Assembly: GCA_963754925.1 (NCBI GenBank)
Contig: CAVWHX010000003.1
Coordinates: 608,001-672,000 of the forward strand
Length of the DNA stretch: 64,000 nt
Direction of reading: 5' to 3'
DNA from: an uncultured delta proteobacterium
Lineage (GTDB): Bacteria; Myxococcota; B64-G9
Shown piece after piece: positions 1 to 9,567 of this stretch. The notes beneath the pieces are model-generated. The model saw only the letters and a list, made by a program, of their open reading frames with translations, did not search any database and was not told the origin of the DNA. Numbering within the stretch: position 1 is the stretch's first letter; each line of letters starts with the position of its first letter. Made by a program: the position numbers and the translations under genes.

Positions 1-276
1 GCAAACCCGGTCGCTCTCGAAGACCAGAACTGGTCCTGTCCGTGGCCACGCGAAGCGGACGCCGAGCAGATCGACGAGCAAACCGTGGTGATCCGAGTGG
101 TCGTACGGGCGGACGGAAGCGTTGAATCAGCGAGCGTCGTCACCGATCCGGGACACGGGTTTTCACAGGCGGCAACCGCCTGCGCGCTGCAAACGCGGTT
201 CATGCCAGCGCATAATCGAACAGGAGAGCCGATTCGATCCCCGTCTCCTCCCATCAGGGTACGGTTCACGCGATGA
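1..276 (+). CDS. TonB-family energy transducer, C-terminal domain (5' truncated by window edge)
   Basis: Frame open from base 1 (ANPVALEDQNWSCPWPREADAEQIDEQTVVIRVVVRADGSVESASVV...FSQAATACALQTRFMPA...IRVRF); typical TonB_C pattern. Confidence 0.75.
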   Translation, partial: ANPVALEDQNWSCPWPREADAEQIDEQTVVIRVVVRADGSVESASVVTDPGHGFSQAATACALQTRFMPAHNRTGEPIRSPSPPIRVRFTR

Positions 277-614
277 GCGGCCAACGAAAAACAGACCGTC
301 GCCCGTCGCTTCGATGTGCTTGGGGCCTGCTCTCTATCCTGCTCATCGGATTGATTCCGGGAGCCGTCGGATGCAGAGCTGATCGAGCGACCGCCGAGGA
401 CTGCAGTCAGGTGCTCGATCGGATTGTCGAGCTGGAGCTGACCGAGAAGGGTTTTCATGACCCAGCGCTGGTTGATCGGAAACGGCAGGAGCTCCGAAGC
501 CTCCTGCAGCCTGAGCTGAAGCAGTGCCAGGATCAGCGCCTCCAGCCAGGCGCCCTCGCCTGCGTCCGGCAAGCAACCTCCCCTGAGCAAATCAGCCACC
601 AGTGTCTTCGATAA
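273..614 (+). CDS. Small Cys-containing putative lipoprotein, function unknown
   Basis: ATGA overlap with tonB; hydrophobic signal ending GAVGC; several Cys in mature part. Confidence 0.65.
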   Translation: MSGQRKTDRRPSLRCAWGLLSILLIGLIPGAVGCRADRATAEDCSQVLDRIVELELTEKGFHDPALVDRKRQELRSLLQPELKQCQDQRLQPGALACVRQATSPEQISHQCLR

Positions 615-637
615 TCATCGCTGCCGGACGACCTTTT

Positions 638-1582
638 TCATTCCGGCGATGTTCGATCTATTCTGAAGGCGCGTTCCATGGCATCAAACACCGGGATGAG
701 TTGGGAGTTCCAGAAGGCCCAGCCGTGCCCTGCCCCTTTCACCATCACCACCTGTTGATGGTGATGAAACGTTATCAGGTAGCGTTTCATGGCCTGAAGC
801 TGCGTTCCTGGAACAATGGGGTCGTTGTCGCCGTGGGCAAGATAGAGATACACCGACTTCAATGTTTGCGCATACGATGCGTTGAGGCAATCTTCGGAAC
901 GCCAGCGGTCGCGAAAGCGACTGCGATCGCCAAAGACTGAACGGTGGATCCGGTACTCGCCCTGATCCTCACCGAGCAAACTGAGATCGTATGTTCCCGA
1001 GAGACTCGCGCAAAAACCAAACTCTGCAAAGCGCTCACTCAGGACGATCGCTCCGCGACCGCCGGTTGAGACGCCAATCACCGCGGTGAGCCGCCGTTTT
1101 GGGCTTACCGCAAAGTGATCGCGCATATAGGGAAGGACTACCGATGCAATCCAGAGGGCACCGGGCATTTGGTTCCATTTCGCAGTGGTTTCCCGATAAA
1201 AGCTCGCCTCGTAGACAGAGGTTCCCATTGCCGGCAAAGCCAAGACGACACAATGGTTATCCGCCAATGCTGCCACATCGGTCTGTTCGCGCCAGTCCTC
1301 GGGCCGTTGCGACCACCCATGCAGAACAATAGCCAACGGCAACAACCCATCCCGTTGATAACAGGCCGGAAGATATACCAGCAATCGGCCTTTCACCTCG
1401 ACTGGCTGCCCGTTATCACCACGGTAGGACGAGGTGAGTTGAACGTTGTCGATCCACGTTCCCTTGGCGGCTGCTGGTTGCTCGCGTTCAACCGCCCGAG
1501 TGCGTTGTGGTGCAACCATCCCGGGAGCAGTCTCCCCGAGCATCAGCAGTGTCAGAAGCAACGTGACATCGAGAGCACCCAT
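638..1582 (-). CDS. Putative secreted esterase, alpha/beta hydrolase fold
   Basis: VLHGW, nucleophile elbow GVSTGG, HGDND and GHGW motifs; start moved to MGALDVTLLL (signal-like). Confidence 0.75.
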   Translation of the reverse strand: MGALDVTLLLTLLMLGETAPGMVAPQRTRAVEREQPAAAKGTWIDNVQLTSSYRGDNGQPVEVKGRLLVYLPACYQRDGLLPLAIVLHGWSQRPEDWREQTDVAALADNHCVVLALPAMGTSVYEASFYRETTAKWNQMPGALWIASVVLPYMRDHFAVSPKRRLTAVIGVSTGGRGAIVLSERFAEFGFCASLSGTYDLSLLGEDQGEYRIHRSVFGDRSRFRDRWRSEDCLNASYAQTLKSVYLYLAHGDNDPIVPGTQLQAMKRYLITFHHHQQVVMVKGAGHGWAFWNSQLIPVFDAMERAFRIDRTSPE

Positions 1583-1680
1583 TCCCGGTCTATACCACAA
1601 CGGGGTATTCTTCACCCAATAGCGGCACCTTTTGCTTTTATGACCGTTGTCGGGATACAATACGGTTAACAAAGGAAACG

Positions 1681-2529
1681 GTGACAACCGACATGTCCAC
1701 CTACGTGCTGCGCATAGATTGCAGTGATCGAAAAGGGTTAGTACATAGCGTTACGGGGGTGCTGGTTAAGTATGGGTTTAATATTACCAGCAACGGGGAG
1801 TTTGTTGATAACGAGCGAGGCCATTTCTTCATGAGGACCGAGTTTGTCGGTGAACCCGTGAAGGATGAACTAACTGCAGAACTGCGGATGCAGCTTCCTG
1901 AAGACGCCTCGGTTGATTTGATCGAAACGCGAAAGAAGGACATCGTCATTTTTGTCAGCACCGAACCGCATTGTCTCGGGGATTTATTGATACGTCACGC
2001 GTATGACGAGATCAATGCCAGGATCAGAGCGGTTGTCAGCAATCATGAACGACTTCAAGCGTTAGTGGAAGGATTCCAGCTCCCCTTTCATTATGTATCT
2101 CATGAGGGAGCTACCCGGCAACAGCATGAGCGCGCGATACGAGAAATAAACGACGGGTACCGTCCGGACTACCTCATCCTCGCGCGATACATGCGAATAT
2201 TCACCCCGGAGTTTATTTCCGCCTACCATAATCGGATCGTCAATATACATCACTCCTTCCTGCCGGCCTTCATAGGAGCCAATCCCTACCGACAAGCGTA
2301 CGAACGAGGAGTCAAAATTATCGGGGCCACGGCGCACTTTGTTACCAATGATCTGGACGAGGGACCAATTATTACTCAGGATGTCACCCAAGTGGATCAC
2401 ACCTACGGACCTCATGAAATGCAGCAAGCAGGCAGGGATGTCGAGAAGGTTGTTCTTGCCAAAGCGCTCAAGCTGATCTTCGAAGACCGGGTCTTTATCA
2501 ATAGAAATAAGACGATTATCTTCGAGTGA
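1681..2529 (+). CDS. purU: Formyltetrahydrofolate deformylase
   Basis: N-terminal ACT domain (CSDRKGLVH), LARYMRI, NIHHSFLPAFIGANPYRQAYERGVKIIGATAHFVT. Confidence 0.96.
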   Translation: MTTDMSTYVLRIDCSDRKGLVHSVTGVLVKYGFNITSNGEFVDNERGHFFMRTEFVGEPVKDELTAELRMQLPEDASVDLIETRKKDIVIFVSTEPHCLGDLLIRHAYDEINARIRAVVSNHERLQALVEGFQLPFHYVSHEGATRQQHERAIREINDGYRPDYLILARYMRIFTPEFISAYHNRIVNIHHSFLPAFIGANPYRQAYERGVKIIGATAHFVTNDLDEGPIITQDVTQVDHTYGPHEMQQAGRDVEKVVLAKALKLIFEDRVFINRNKTIIFE

Positions 2530-2558
2530 AAGGTACGCGCCTCACCCGGCGGGAAGCC

Positions 2559-2680
2559 ACCCTCTCCCAACCTGGGGAAAGGGTAAGAGGTTCCTTCTCC
2601 CGCGGGCGCTAGAGATTCTAGCGAGCGAAGCGAGGCGTAGAATCTCTTGTCCTGTGGGGGGAGAAGGTTGGGTTGAGGGT
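2559..2680. repeat. REP-like palindromic cluster (CCCTCTCCC...GGGAGAAGG type) containing a nested hairpin element
   Basis: ccctctcccaacctggggaaaggg and ccttctccc...gggagaagg arms between convergent purU and rhlE; nested agagattct...agaatctct stem at 2611-2647. Confidence 0.6.
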
Positions 2681-2684
2681 GGTC

Positions 2685-4016
2685 TCAGGGTTGACCGTGC
2701 GGGGACGGCGACTTTGGCCCAACGCTATGGTTATGGTAGTTCGATCGTCTCCCGGTGCCATGCCAGGAGCGATGTCGTCGATGGTTGCGCCGGTCTCCCG
2801 ATCGGGCAGCTTCGGGATGGTACGATCTGAAGGTCTTCTCCGGTCCGCCCTGATCCACGTGGGGGTTCGTTACGAAGGGATGTGGCGAACGGAAGGGATG
2901 GTCGGTCTTGGCTGCGAGAGTCTTCCTGGTCAGACGTTCGATGGCTTTGAGAATCGGGCGCTCATCCAAACTGCAGAAAGAGATAGCCGTGCCAGCGGCC
3001 CCGGCCCGGCCGGTTCGCCCGATCCGGTGGACGTAGGATTCCGGTTCACGAGGAAGATCGAAGTTGATGACATGACTGATGTCGTCGATGTCCAGGCCGC
3101 GCGAGGCGATATCGGTGGCCACCAGCAATTGGGATGAACCTTTCTTGAAAGCATTCAGGGCGCGCTCACGGTTGTTCTGCGACTTGTTGCCGTGAATGGC
3201 CGCCGCCCGAATGGAGGCGCGCATGAGATGACGAGTAACCGTATCCGCGCCGTGCTTCGTTCTGGTGAAGACCAAGGCACGGGATATCGCCGTTTGTTCG
3301 ACCAGGCGGACGAGCAGCGCCATTTTATCTTGTTTTTCGACAAAGTAAACCGACTGGTCGATTGTCTCTACCGTTGATGCCGATGGAGTTACCGAGACCG
3401 ATACCGGTTGGTCTAGTATCCCACTTGAAAGCTGACAGATTTCCGGCGGCAGGGTGGCCGAGAACAGGAGGGTCTGGCGCTTCCGCGGTAGCTGCGCGAC
3501 GATCTTCCGGATGTCATGAATAAATCCCATATCGAGCATTCGATCGGCTTCGTCCAAGACAAGGACCTCGACCGTCTTCAGTCTCACGGCGCCTTGGTTC
3601 ATCAAATCAAGCAACCGCCCGGGGGTGGCCACAAGGATGTCCACACCCTGAGCCAAGGCGCGAACCTGCGGGTTTTGTCCCACCCCTCCAAAAATGACCG
3701 TCGTCCTAAGCCCCGTATGAGCGCCATAGGTTTTGAAACTCTCTCCAATCTGCGAGGCCAATTCTCGGGTGGGCGTGATTACCAACGCCTGTATCGAACG
3801 CGTCCCTTTTTGCCGCCCGTTGTTAAGCAAACGCTGAAGGATGGGCAGCGCGAAGGCTGCCGTTTTTCCAGTGCCGGTTTGAGCGCATCCTAATAAATCC
3901 TGACCTGCCAGCACGTGGGGGATAGCCCGTTGTTGAATAAGGGTGGGGGTTTGGTAGCCCTGTTCTCGGACAGCAGCGATAAGCCCCGGAATAAGATTCA
4001 AATCTTCAAAACGCAT
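2685..4016 (-). CDS. rhlE: DEAD-box ATP-dependent RNA helicase, RhlE-like
   Basis: Q motif, [31 protein letters not shown]; basic C-terminal tail. Confidence 0.9.
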   Translation of the reverse strand: MRFEDLNLIPGLIAAVREQGYQTPTLIQQRAIPHVLAGQDLLGCAQTGTGKTAAFALPILQRLLNNGRQKGTRSIQALVITPTRELASQIGESFKTYGAHTGLRTTVIFGGVGQNPQVRALAQGVDILVATPGRLLDLMNQGAVRLKTVEVLVLDEADRMLDMGFIHDIRKIVAQLPRKRQTLLFSATLPPEICQLSSGILDQPVSVSVTPSASTVETIDQSVYFVEKQDKMALLVRLVEQTAISRALVFTRTKHGADTVTRHLMRASIRAAAIHGNKSQNNRERALNAFKKGSSQLLVATDIASRGLDIDDISHVINFDLPREPESYVHRIGRTGRAGAAGTAISFCSLDERPILKAIERLTRKTLAAKTDHPFRSPHPFVTNPHVDQGGPEKTFRSYHPEAARSGDRRNHRRHRSWHGTGRRSNYHNHSVGPKSPSPHGQP

Positions 4017-4161
4017 ACGTACCTATCTCTCCCTGGTTCGTCCAGGGTCAACGGCAAACGCGGCCTGCATCGAGCAATATCTGGGAACTTTTTTGGTAGG
4101 CCCAGGGCGTGCGTCAAACACGGAATCGCTGAAGGTGCGCCCGCAACAACTATCGATGCCC

Positions 4162-4190
4162 CTTTTACGTTAGATAAGAGAGAATGTCAA
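4162..4190 (-). promoter_or_regulatory. Putative sigma70 promoter of rhlE
   Basis: Minus strand TTGACA-17 nt-TAAAAG about 145 nt upstream of the start codon. Confidence 0.4.
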
Positions 4191-4252
4191 TTAGTATTTA
4201 TTCAAAACGATTGCACCAGTGGATCATGGCGATCTGCTAGCATGGAAACATC

Positions 4253-4294
4253 TACATATTTGTATTTTCTTCACATGTTAATTACATATTTGTA
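4253..4294. promoter_or_regulatory. Tandem TACA-N4-TGTA upstream activator sites (asnA-like gene)
   Basis: TACATATTTGTA at 4253 and 4283, 30 bp apart; same geometry as both amtB promoters. Confidence 0.7.
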
Positions 4295-4373
4295 TTTTGG
4301 GATTCACGCGGCTTTTTTACTTTTATTGGCAATATATGTTGGCAATTGAGGACATTATTAAAATATGCTGTTT

Positions 4374-4389
4374 CGGCATGTCATTTGCT
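4374..4389 (+). promoter_or_regulatory. sigma54 -24/-12 promoter (asnA-like gene)
   Basis: CGGCATGTCATTTGCT, GG-N10-GC spacing. Confidence 0.7.
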
Positions 4390-4586
4390 TGCAGTTTTTA
4401 TTCTATGGATGGTTTTTAATAGTTTTATCGTTGGTACCTAATAATTAGGACGAAAACTCTTTACTAATAGGCGGCTATTAACATATACAAGAATTCTATT
4501 ATTTCTTTACGGTTGGAAAATATAGCTTTATTTTCGCAAAGGCAACGACATCGGATTTCTGACGAGGATAACGAAGGAGGTTGATT

Positions 4587-5810
4587 ATGGCTTTCATCGG
4601 CGAGGATTTGTTCCATTTCCAGGCTTCTCTCATTCAATCAGGCTCCACGTTTGAGGATTTTGTCCGGGATAATTATGTCAATAAATGGATGGGGGATAAT
4701 CTCTTTGCCGCCATGGCGATCCGGACAACCTTTGTGGTGGCGTTGCACAATTTCTTGGCCGACGAGGGGTTGCTCAACCTGGAAAGAATTCAAATCAGCC
4801 CAATAACGGACCCGCTGGCCCATGACGTCGAGCATGTGCCCACGGTTCATTACAAGGGCATGCCCTACGTAACCACACACTCGATGATTTATCATAAGTT
4901 TTTGGCCTGCTTCAACCCCCGCGTCAAAGGCATCTTCGTGGATTCTCCGAACATTCGACTCGAAATCGAAAGTCCGCAGAGAAAACAGCGCGGCAAATAC
5001 TTGATCGATTTCTCGCAAATCGATGTCGAGTTGCGGCGTAACCGAAACGTCGGCTTCGAAGAGTATAAGAATAACGTCGAAAAAGTGCGGGGAATTCTCA
5101 GGGAGGACATGGAGAAGGCTATCGACTTTTTCGAACGTATGCTCATTGCCGGAGTGAGCGCCGTGATCGAGAAAAACGATACGGAGCTCAAAGCACTGGG
5201 GGTTGTCCTGGAGCTGCCGAAGCAGCCGCTTCCCCGCGTGCGTCATGATGAGATGCTTAAGAAACACGGCAAGGCGAACCTGGACGCAAAGGCAGGTGAA
5301 GAGGCACCCGGGCAATTTTTCTGGATCACGGGTCTGATGCGAGAGAACTATGATCTGATCTACCCGTATATCCGGCCCGACGGGAGCAAGATACCGCTGT
5401 CGACCTTCACCTCGGACATGGTTTTCAACTATGATATATGCGCCAAGACCAAGGTGCGGTCGACCGGAAAGTACTCGCCGGCGCTTGAGATTATGTCAGG
5501 CGCGGTGCGTGAATGGCTGTACGAGCCGATCATCGAACGGCTGATAGACAACCGCGTGCTGGTCGAGCGACCGGTGTTCAAAGACGGCAATGTTTTAAAT
5601 ATCGAAGTGCTTGGCAGCTATGGGCCGTTTCTGACGACAGTGGCCATGAAAGACGCCAAGGGAAAACCAATCTTCCCCGAAACCATGGGCGGGGGTATTG
5701 GTATCGAACGATTCTTATATGCAATTCTAAGGAGCAGCGGAATCGATAAAATCGACGACGTAACGTGCTTCGGTAAGAACCCCGACTCGTATCCAATTTT
5801 TCTGTTCTAA
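4587..5810 (+). CDS. Archaeal-type asparagine synthetase A (class IIb aaRS catalytic-domain paralogue without anticodon-binding domain)
   Basis: ISPITDPL, THSMIYHK, SPNIRLE, FSQIDVE, EIMSG, GGGIGIER motifs match archaeal AsnRS-derived AS-A; RBS AAGGAGG before ATG 4587. Confidence 0.78.
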   Translation: MAFIGEDLFHFQASLIQSGSTFEDFVRDNYVNKWMGDNLFAAMAIRTTFVVALHNFLADEGLLNLERIQISPITDPLAHDVEHVPTVHYKGMPYVTTHSMIYHKFLACFNPRVKGIFVDSPNIRLEIESPQRKQRGKYLIDFSQIDVELRRNRNVGFEEYKNNVEKVRGILREDMEKAIDFFERMLIAGVSAVIEKNDTELKALGVVLELPKQPLPRVRHDEMLKKHGKANLDAKAGEEAPGQFFWITGLMRENYDLIYPYIRPDGSKIPLSTFTSDMVFNYDICAKTKVRSTGKYSPALEIMSGAVREWLYEPIIERLIDNRVLVERPVFKDGNVLNIEVLGSYGPFLTTVAMKDAKGKPIFPETMGGGIGIERFLYAILRSSGIDKIDDVTCFGKNPDSYPIFLF

Positions 5811-5945
5811 TAACCGATATCATCGATCACTTTTTGACGAGGTATTGGCGCTACGCGCGGGATGCGCACCTACCAGGCTTTACCTGACACATTCGTAATA
5901 AGTATTCGACAACTCATGGGTTTTATTGAATACTTTTCTATTAAT

Positions 5946-5987
5946 TACAATATTGTATTTTAATACTGAATTAAATACAGTATTGTA
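5946..5987. promoter_or_regulatory. Tandem TACA-N4-TGTA upstream activator sites (amtB1)
   Basis: TACAATATTGTA at 5946 and TACAGTATTGTA at 5976; extra imperfect site TACAACGTTGT at 5990. Confidence 0.75.
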
Positions 5988-6066
5988 TGTACAACGTTGT
6001 TAAGATCGTACTCAATAATCATCAATTTATGTAACCAGTCAAGTAAGTTATGATTGAATATCGAAT

Positions 6067-6082
6067 TGGCATGGCGCTTGCT
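6067..6082 (+). promoter_or_regulatory. sigma54 -24/-12 promoter (amtB1-glnK1)
   Basis: TGGCATGGCGCTTGCT, near-consensus. Confidence 0.8.
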
Positions 6083-6138
6083 ATCTCCCGCAGGGGAAAG
6101 TGTATATTTTATGATCATTGGAAGAAAGGAGTGTGTGG

Positions 6139-7530
6139 ATGTCTACCGTTCGAGGGATATCGAGAAATGGTTACGCTATTACGATAATTCTATTGCTAAG
6201 CGCGCTTTTCGTTTGTAGCCCAATCACCGGCGCTTTCGCCCAAACGGCCACGCCTGCAGCTCAATCTTCCAGCCAAGTTGCTGGCGCCGCCGCTACATCA
6301 GGCTCAAACAGCGGAGACACCGCTTGGGTGCTTATTTCCGCGGCCTTGGTGATGCTGATGACGCCGGGTTTGGCCTTCTTTTATGGTGGATTAGTCAGGC
6401 GCAAGAATATCCTGGGTGTCTTGATGCAGTGTTTTATTTTGTTATCGGCGCTCAGCATCCAGTGGGTGCTATTCGGCTATAGCCTGGCTTTTTCGCCCGG
6501 TAACGCGTTCATCGGATCCCTGAAGTGGTTTGGTCTGGCCGGCGTCGGACCAGAACCGTATGCGGCCTATTCCTCAACCATCCCTCACCAAGCGTTTATC
6601 ATTTTCCAAGCCATGTTTGCCGTCATTACGCCGGCCTTGATAATCGGAGCGTTCGCCGAGAGGATGAAGTTTTCCGCATTTTTTCTTTTCTCTCTCCTCT
6701 GGGCGACCTTCGTCTATGACCCAATCGCCCATTGGGTGTGGGGCGAAGGCGGATGGTTAAAGGAGCTCGGTGTGATGGATTTCGCCGGCGGCATTGTCGT
6801 TCATATCAATGCCGGTATTGCCGCACTGGTGACCGCGATCATCATTGGCAAGAGAAACGGTTACATCAGACAGCCGCCCCCACCGCATAACCTACCCTTG
6901 AGCGTTTTGGGCGCCGCCATGCTATGGTTTGGTTGGTTCGGCTTCAATGCGGGAAGCGCGCTCGGCGCAAACGCAATTGCCGCCAACGCGTTTCTCGTGA
7001 CGAACACGTCTGGGGCCGCGGCCGCCTTAAGCTGGGCCTTTCTCGATTGGAAGTTCAACGGCAACCCCACCATCCTTGGCACCATCACCGGAGCGGTGGC
7101 CGGCTTAGCGGCTGTTACACCGGCGGCGGGTTTTATCGGTATTCTTGGCGCAATCGTAATCGGGGTATTCTCAAGCGCCTTTTGTTTTGTCGCCGTGGGA
7201 TTTTTGAAGCATAAATTTAGCTACGATGATTCGCTGGATGCGTTTGGCGTTCACGGCATCGGCGGAATTTGGGGAACGCTGGCCACCGGACTTTTCGCGA
7301 CAAAAGCGATCAATGCCGCGGGCTCGGACGGGTTGCTGTACGGAAATTACAAACAATTTTTGCTCCAGCTGGGCGCAACCGCAGTCACCGTGGCGTATGC
7401 GTTTATTGTTTCCTGGATCATATACAAAGCCGTCGACCTGGTCGTCGGAGTGCGGGTTACCGAAAAGGACGAGGCGATGGGAATCGATCTAACGCAACAC
7501 AACGAACGCGCGTATACCATGCTGGAATAG
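6139..7530 (+). CDS. amtB: Ammonium transporter, copy 1
   Basis: GDTAWVLISAALVMLMTPGLAFFYGG, DFAGGIVVH, WFGWFGFNAGS, AFGVHG; start chosen after RBS AAGGAG. Confidence 0.96.
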   Translation: MSTVRGISRNGYAITIILLLSALFVCSPITGAFAQTATPAAQSSSQVAGAAATSGSNSGDTAWVLISAALVMLMTPGLAFFYGGLVRRKNILGVLMQCFILLSALSIQWVLFGYSLAFSPGNAFIGSLKWFGLAGVGPEPYAAYSSTIPHQAFIIFQAMFAVITPALIIGAFAERMKFSAFFLFSLLWATFVYDPIAHWVWGEGGWLKELGVMDFAGGIVVHINAGIAALVTAIIIGKRNGYIRQPPPPHNLPLSVLGAAMLWFGWFGFNAGSALGANAIAANAFLVTNTSGAAAALSWAFLDWKFNGNPTILGTITGAVAGLAAVTPAAGFIGILGAIVIGVFSSAFCFVAVGFLKHKFSYDDSLDAFGVHGIGGIWGTLATGLFATKAINAAGSDGLLYGNYKQFLLQLGATAVTVAYAFIVSWIIYKAVDLVVGVRVTEKDEAMGIDLTQHNERAYTMLE

Positions 7531-7545
7531 CAAAGGAGATTGAAC

Positions 7546-7887
7546 ATGAAGCTGATAATCGCCATCATCCAACCGTATCGATTGGACCAAGTCAAAGAAC
7601 AACTCTATAAAGCCGATGTTAATCTCATCACCGTCAGTGAAGTTTTGGGTCACGGCCGACAAAAAGGGGTCACCGAGGTTTATCGTGGATTCAAAGAGAC
7701 CGGCAACTTGATACGAAAGGTTCGGCTAGAGATAGCCGTCAACGACAATTTTGTTGAGCAGACGATTCAAGCCATCAGAAAAGGAGCGCAGACCGGAGAG
7801 ATGGGTGATGGAAAGATATTCATCTTGCCGCTGGAGGAATGCTACCGGATACGAACGGGCGAACGAGGTAACGAAGCCATCGGATGA
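7546..7887 (+). CDS. glnK: P-II nitrogen regulatory protein, copy 1
   Basis: GHGRQKG..EVYRG, TGEMGDGKIF, RIRTGE; directly downstream of amtB. Confidence 0.93.
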   Translation: MKLIIAIIQPYRLDQVKEQLYKADVNLITVSEVLGHGRQKGVTEVYRGFKETGNLIRKVRLEIAVNDNFVEQTIQAIRKGAQTGEMGDGKIFILPLEECYRIRTGERGNEAIG

Positions 7888-8000
7888 AAAACATCGGCTA
7901 GTTCCTACCTAAGTTTTTATGTTAATAATTAAGCTTTTCTGCAGGTATGTCAGTTCCCATTTTTCACGCTGCGCTCATGGGCCGCGTCGGTGTTAAAATA

Positions 8001-8042
8001 TACAATATTGTAATTAATAGCAATTATTGATACAATATTGTA
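8001..8042. promoter_or_regulatory. Tandem TACA-N4-TGTA upstream activator sites (amtB2)
   Basis: Perfect palindromes TACAATATTGTA at 8001 and 8031. Confidence 0.75.
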
Positions 8043-8120
8043 TACACTAGTTTATAGGATTTCAGCCGCAATTGGGATTATTATCCTAATAATACAATAG
8101 CATACTATTTGTTATCGCTT

Positions 8121-8136
8121 TGGCATGTCGTTTGCG
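8121..8136 (+). promoter_or_regulatory. sigma54 -24/-12 promoter (amtB2-glnK2-porin)
   Basis: TGGCATGTCGTTTGCG, near-consensus. Confidence 0.8.
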
Positions 8137-8192
8137 TATTTCGTAGCGTCATGAAAATCATACCCGGCCATATAAGAGAGAGGAGTGATACC

Positions 8193-9551
8193 GTGTTTAA
8201 CCACAAATCAGGTAAAGAAAGAATTCATCGTATTCGACACATTTTATTGGTGGTTGTGATCATGCTTTTGTTGCCTATCGGCAGAGTGATGGCTCAATCA
8301 GACGCGGCGGCAAGCGCGTCAAGTATAAATTCAGGAGACACGGCCTGGGTGCTTATTTCCGCGGCCTTGGTGATGCTGATGACGCCGGGTCTGGCGTTTT
8401 TTTATGGCGGATTAGTCAGGCGCAAGAACGTGTTGAGCGTCTTGATGCAGTGTTTTATCATATTATCGGCCCTCAGCATCCAATGGGTGCTATTCGGTTA
8501 CAGTTTGGCTTTCTCACCCGGTAATCAGTTCATTGGATCTCTCAAATGGTTCGGATTGGCCGGCGTCGGAGCAGAACCGTTTGCGGACTATTCTGCAACG
8601 ATTCCCCATCAGGCGTTCATGATTTTCCAAGCCATGTTCGCCGTGATTACGCCGGCGTTGATAATCGGGGCCTTCGCCGAGAGGATGAAATTCTCGGCAT
8701 TTTTGGTTTTTTCGCTCCTCTGGGCGACGTTTGTGTATGACCCGATTGCCCATTGGGTTTGGGGAGTTGGTGGATGGTTGCGGGAAATGGGCGCGCTGGA
8801 TTTTGCCGGGGGCACCGTCGTTCATATCAATGCCGGCATCGCGGCATTGGTGACGGCGATCGTCATCGGCAAAAGAAATGGCTATATCAAACAGCCGCCC
8901 CCGCCGCATAATCTGCCGTTCAGCGTTTTGGGCGCCGCGCTCCTTTGGTTTGGTTGGTTCGGCTTCAACGCGGGAAGCGCCCTTGGCGCGAATGGCCTGG
9001 CCACCAACGCCTTTGTCGTGACGAACACGGCTGCTGCCGCTGCGGCATTGAGTTGGGCCTTTCTTGATTGGAAGTTCAACGGAAATCCGACAATTCTCGG
9101 CACGATCACCGGGGCTGTGGCGGGCCTGGTGGCCATTACCCCGGCCTCGGGGTTTGTCAACATCTTCGGCGCAATCGCCATTGGAATAATGGTCAGCATA
9201 TTTTGTTTTGTTGCCGTGGGATTTTTGAAGCACCGGTTCCAGTACGACGACTCACTCGACGCGTTTGGCGTTCACGGCATCGGTGGGGCATGGGGCGCCT
9301 TGGCCACGGGTTTGTTTGCAACGAAGATGGTCAATGCCGCAGGAGCGGATGGTTTGCTGTACGGGAACCCCAAGCAATTTATCGTGCAACTCATAGCGAC
9401 CGGCGCCTCGATTGCCTATGCATTCGTAGGTACTTGGATTATTTATAAATTTGTCGATCTGGTGATTGGGGTGCGGGCCAACGAAAAAGACGAGGCTATG
9501 GGAATGGATCTCACGCAACACAACGAACGCGCGTATACCATGCTGGAATAG
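8193..9551 (+). CDS. amtB: Ammonium transporter, copy 2
   Basis: Same Amt motifs (DFAGGTVVH, AFGVHG); GTG start after AGGAG; close paralogue of copy 1. Confidence 0.96.
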   Translation: MFNHKSGKERIHRIRHILLVVVIMLLLPIGRVMAQSDAAASASSINSGDTAWVLISAALVMLMTPGLAFFYGGLVRRKNVLSVLMQCFIILSALSIQWVLFGYSLAFSPGNQFIGSLKWFGLAGVGAEPFADYSATIPHQAFMIFQAMFAVITPALIIGAFAERMKFSAFLVFSLLWATFVYDPIAHWVWGVGGWLREMGALDFAGGTVVHINAGIAALVTAIVIGKRNGYIKQPPPPHNLPFSVLGAALLWFGWFGFNAGSALGANGLATNAFVVTNTAAAAAALSWAFLDWKFNGNPTILGTITGAVAGLVAITPASGFVNIFGAIAIGIMVSIFCFVAVGFLKHRFQYDDSLDAFGVHGIGGAWGALATGLFATKMVNAAGADGLLYGNPKQFIVQLIATGASIAYAFVGTWIIYKFVDLVIGVRANEKDEAMGMDLTQHNERAYTMLE

Positions 9552-9567
9552 TCGAAGGATAGGAATT

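Noticed and set aside
3915..4349. 144-aa ORF spanning the rhlE-asnA intergenic region with a repeated TYLYF
   Set aside because: The peptide repeat is just the translation of the tandem TACATATTTGTA DNA sites; the ORF overlaps rhlE antisense.
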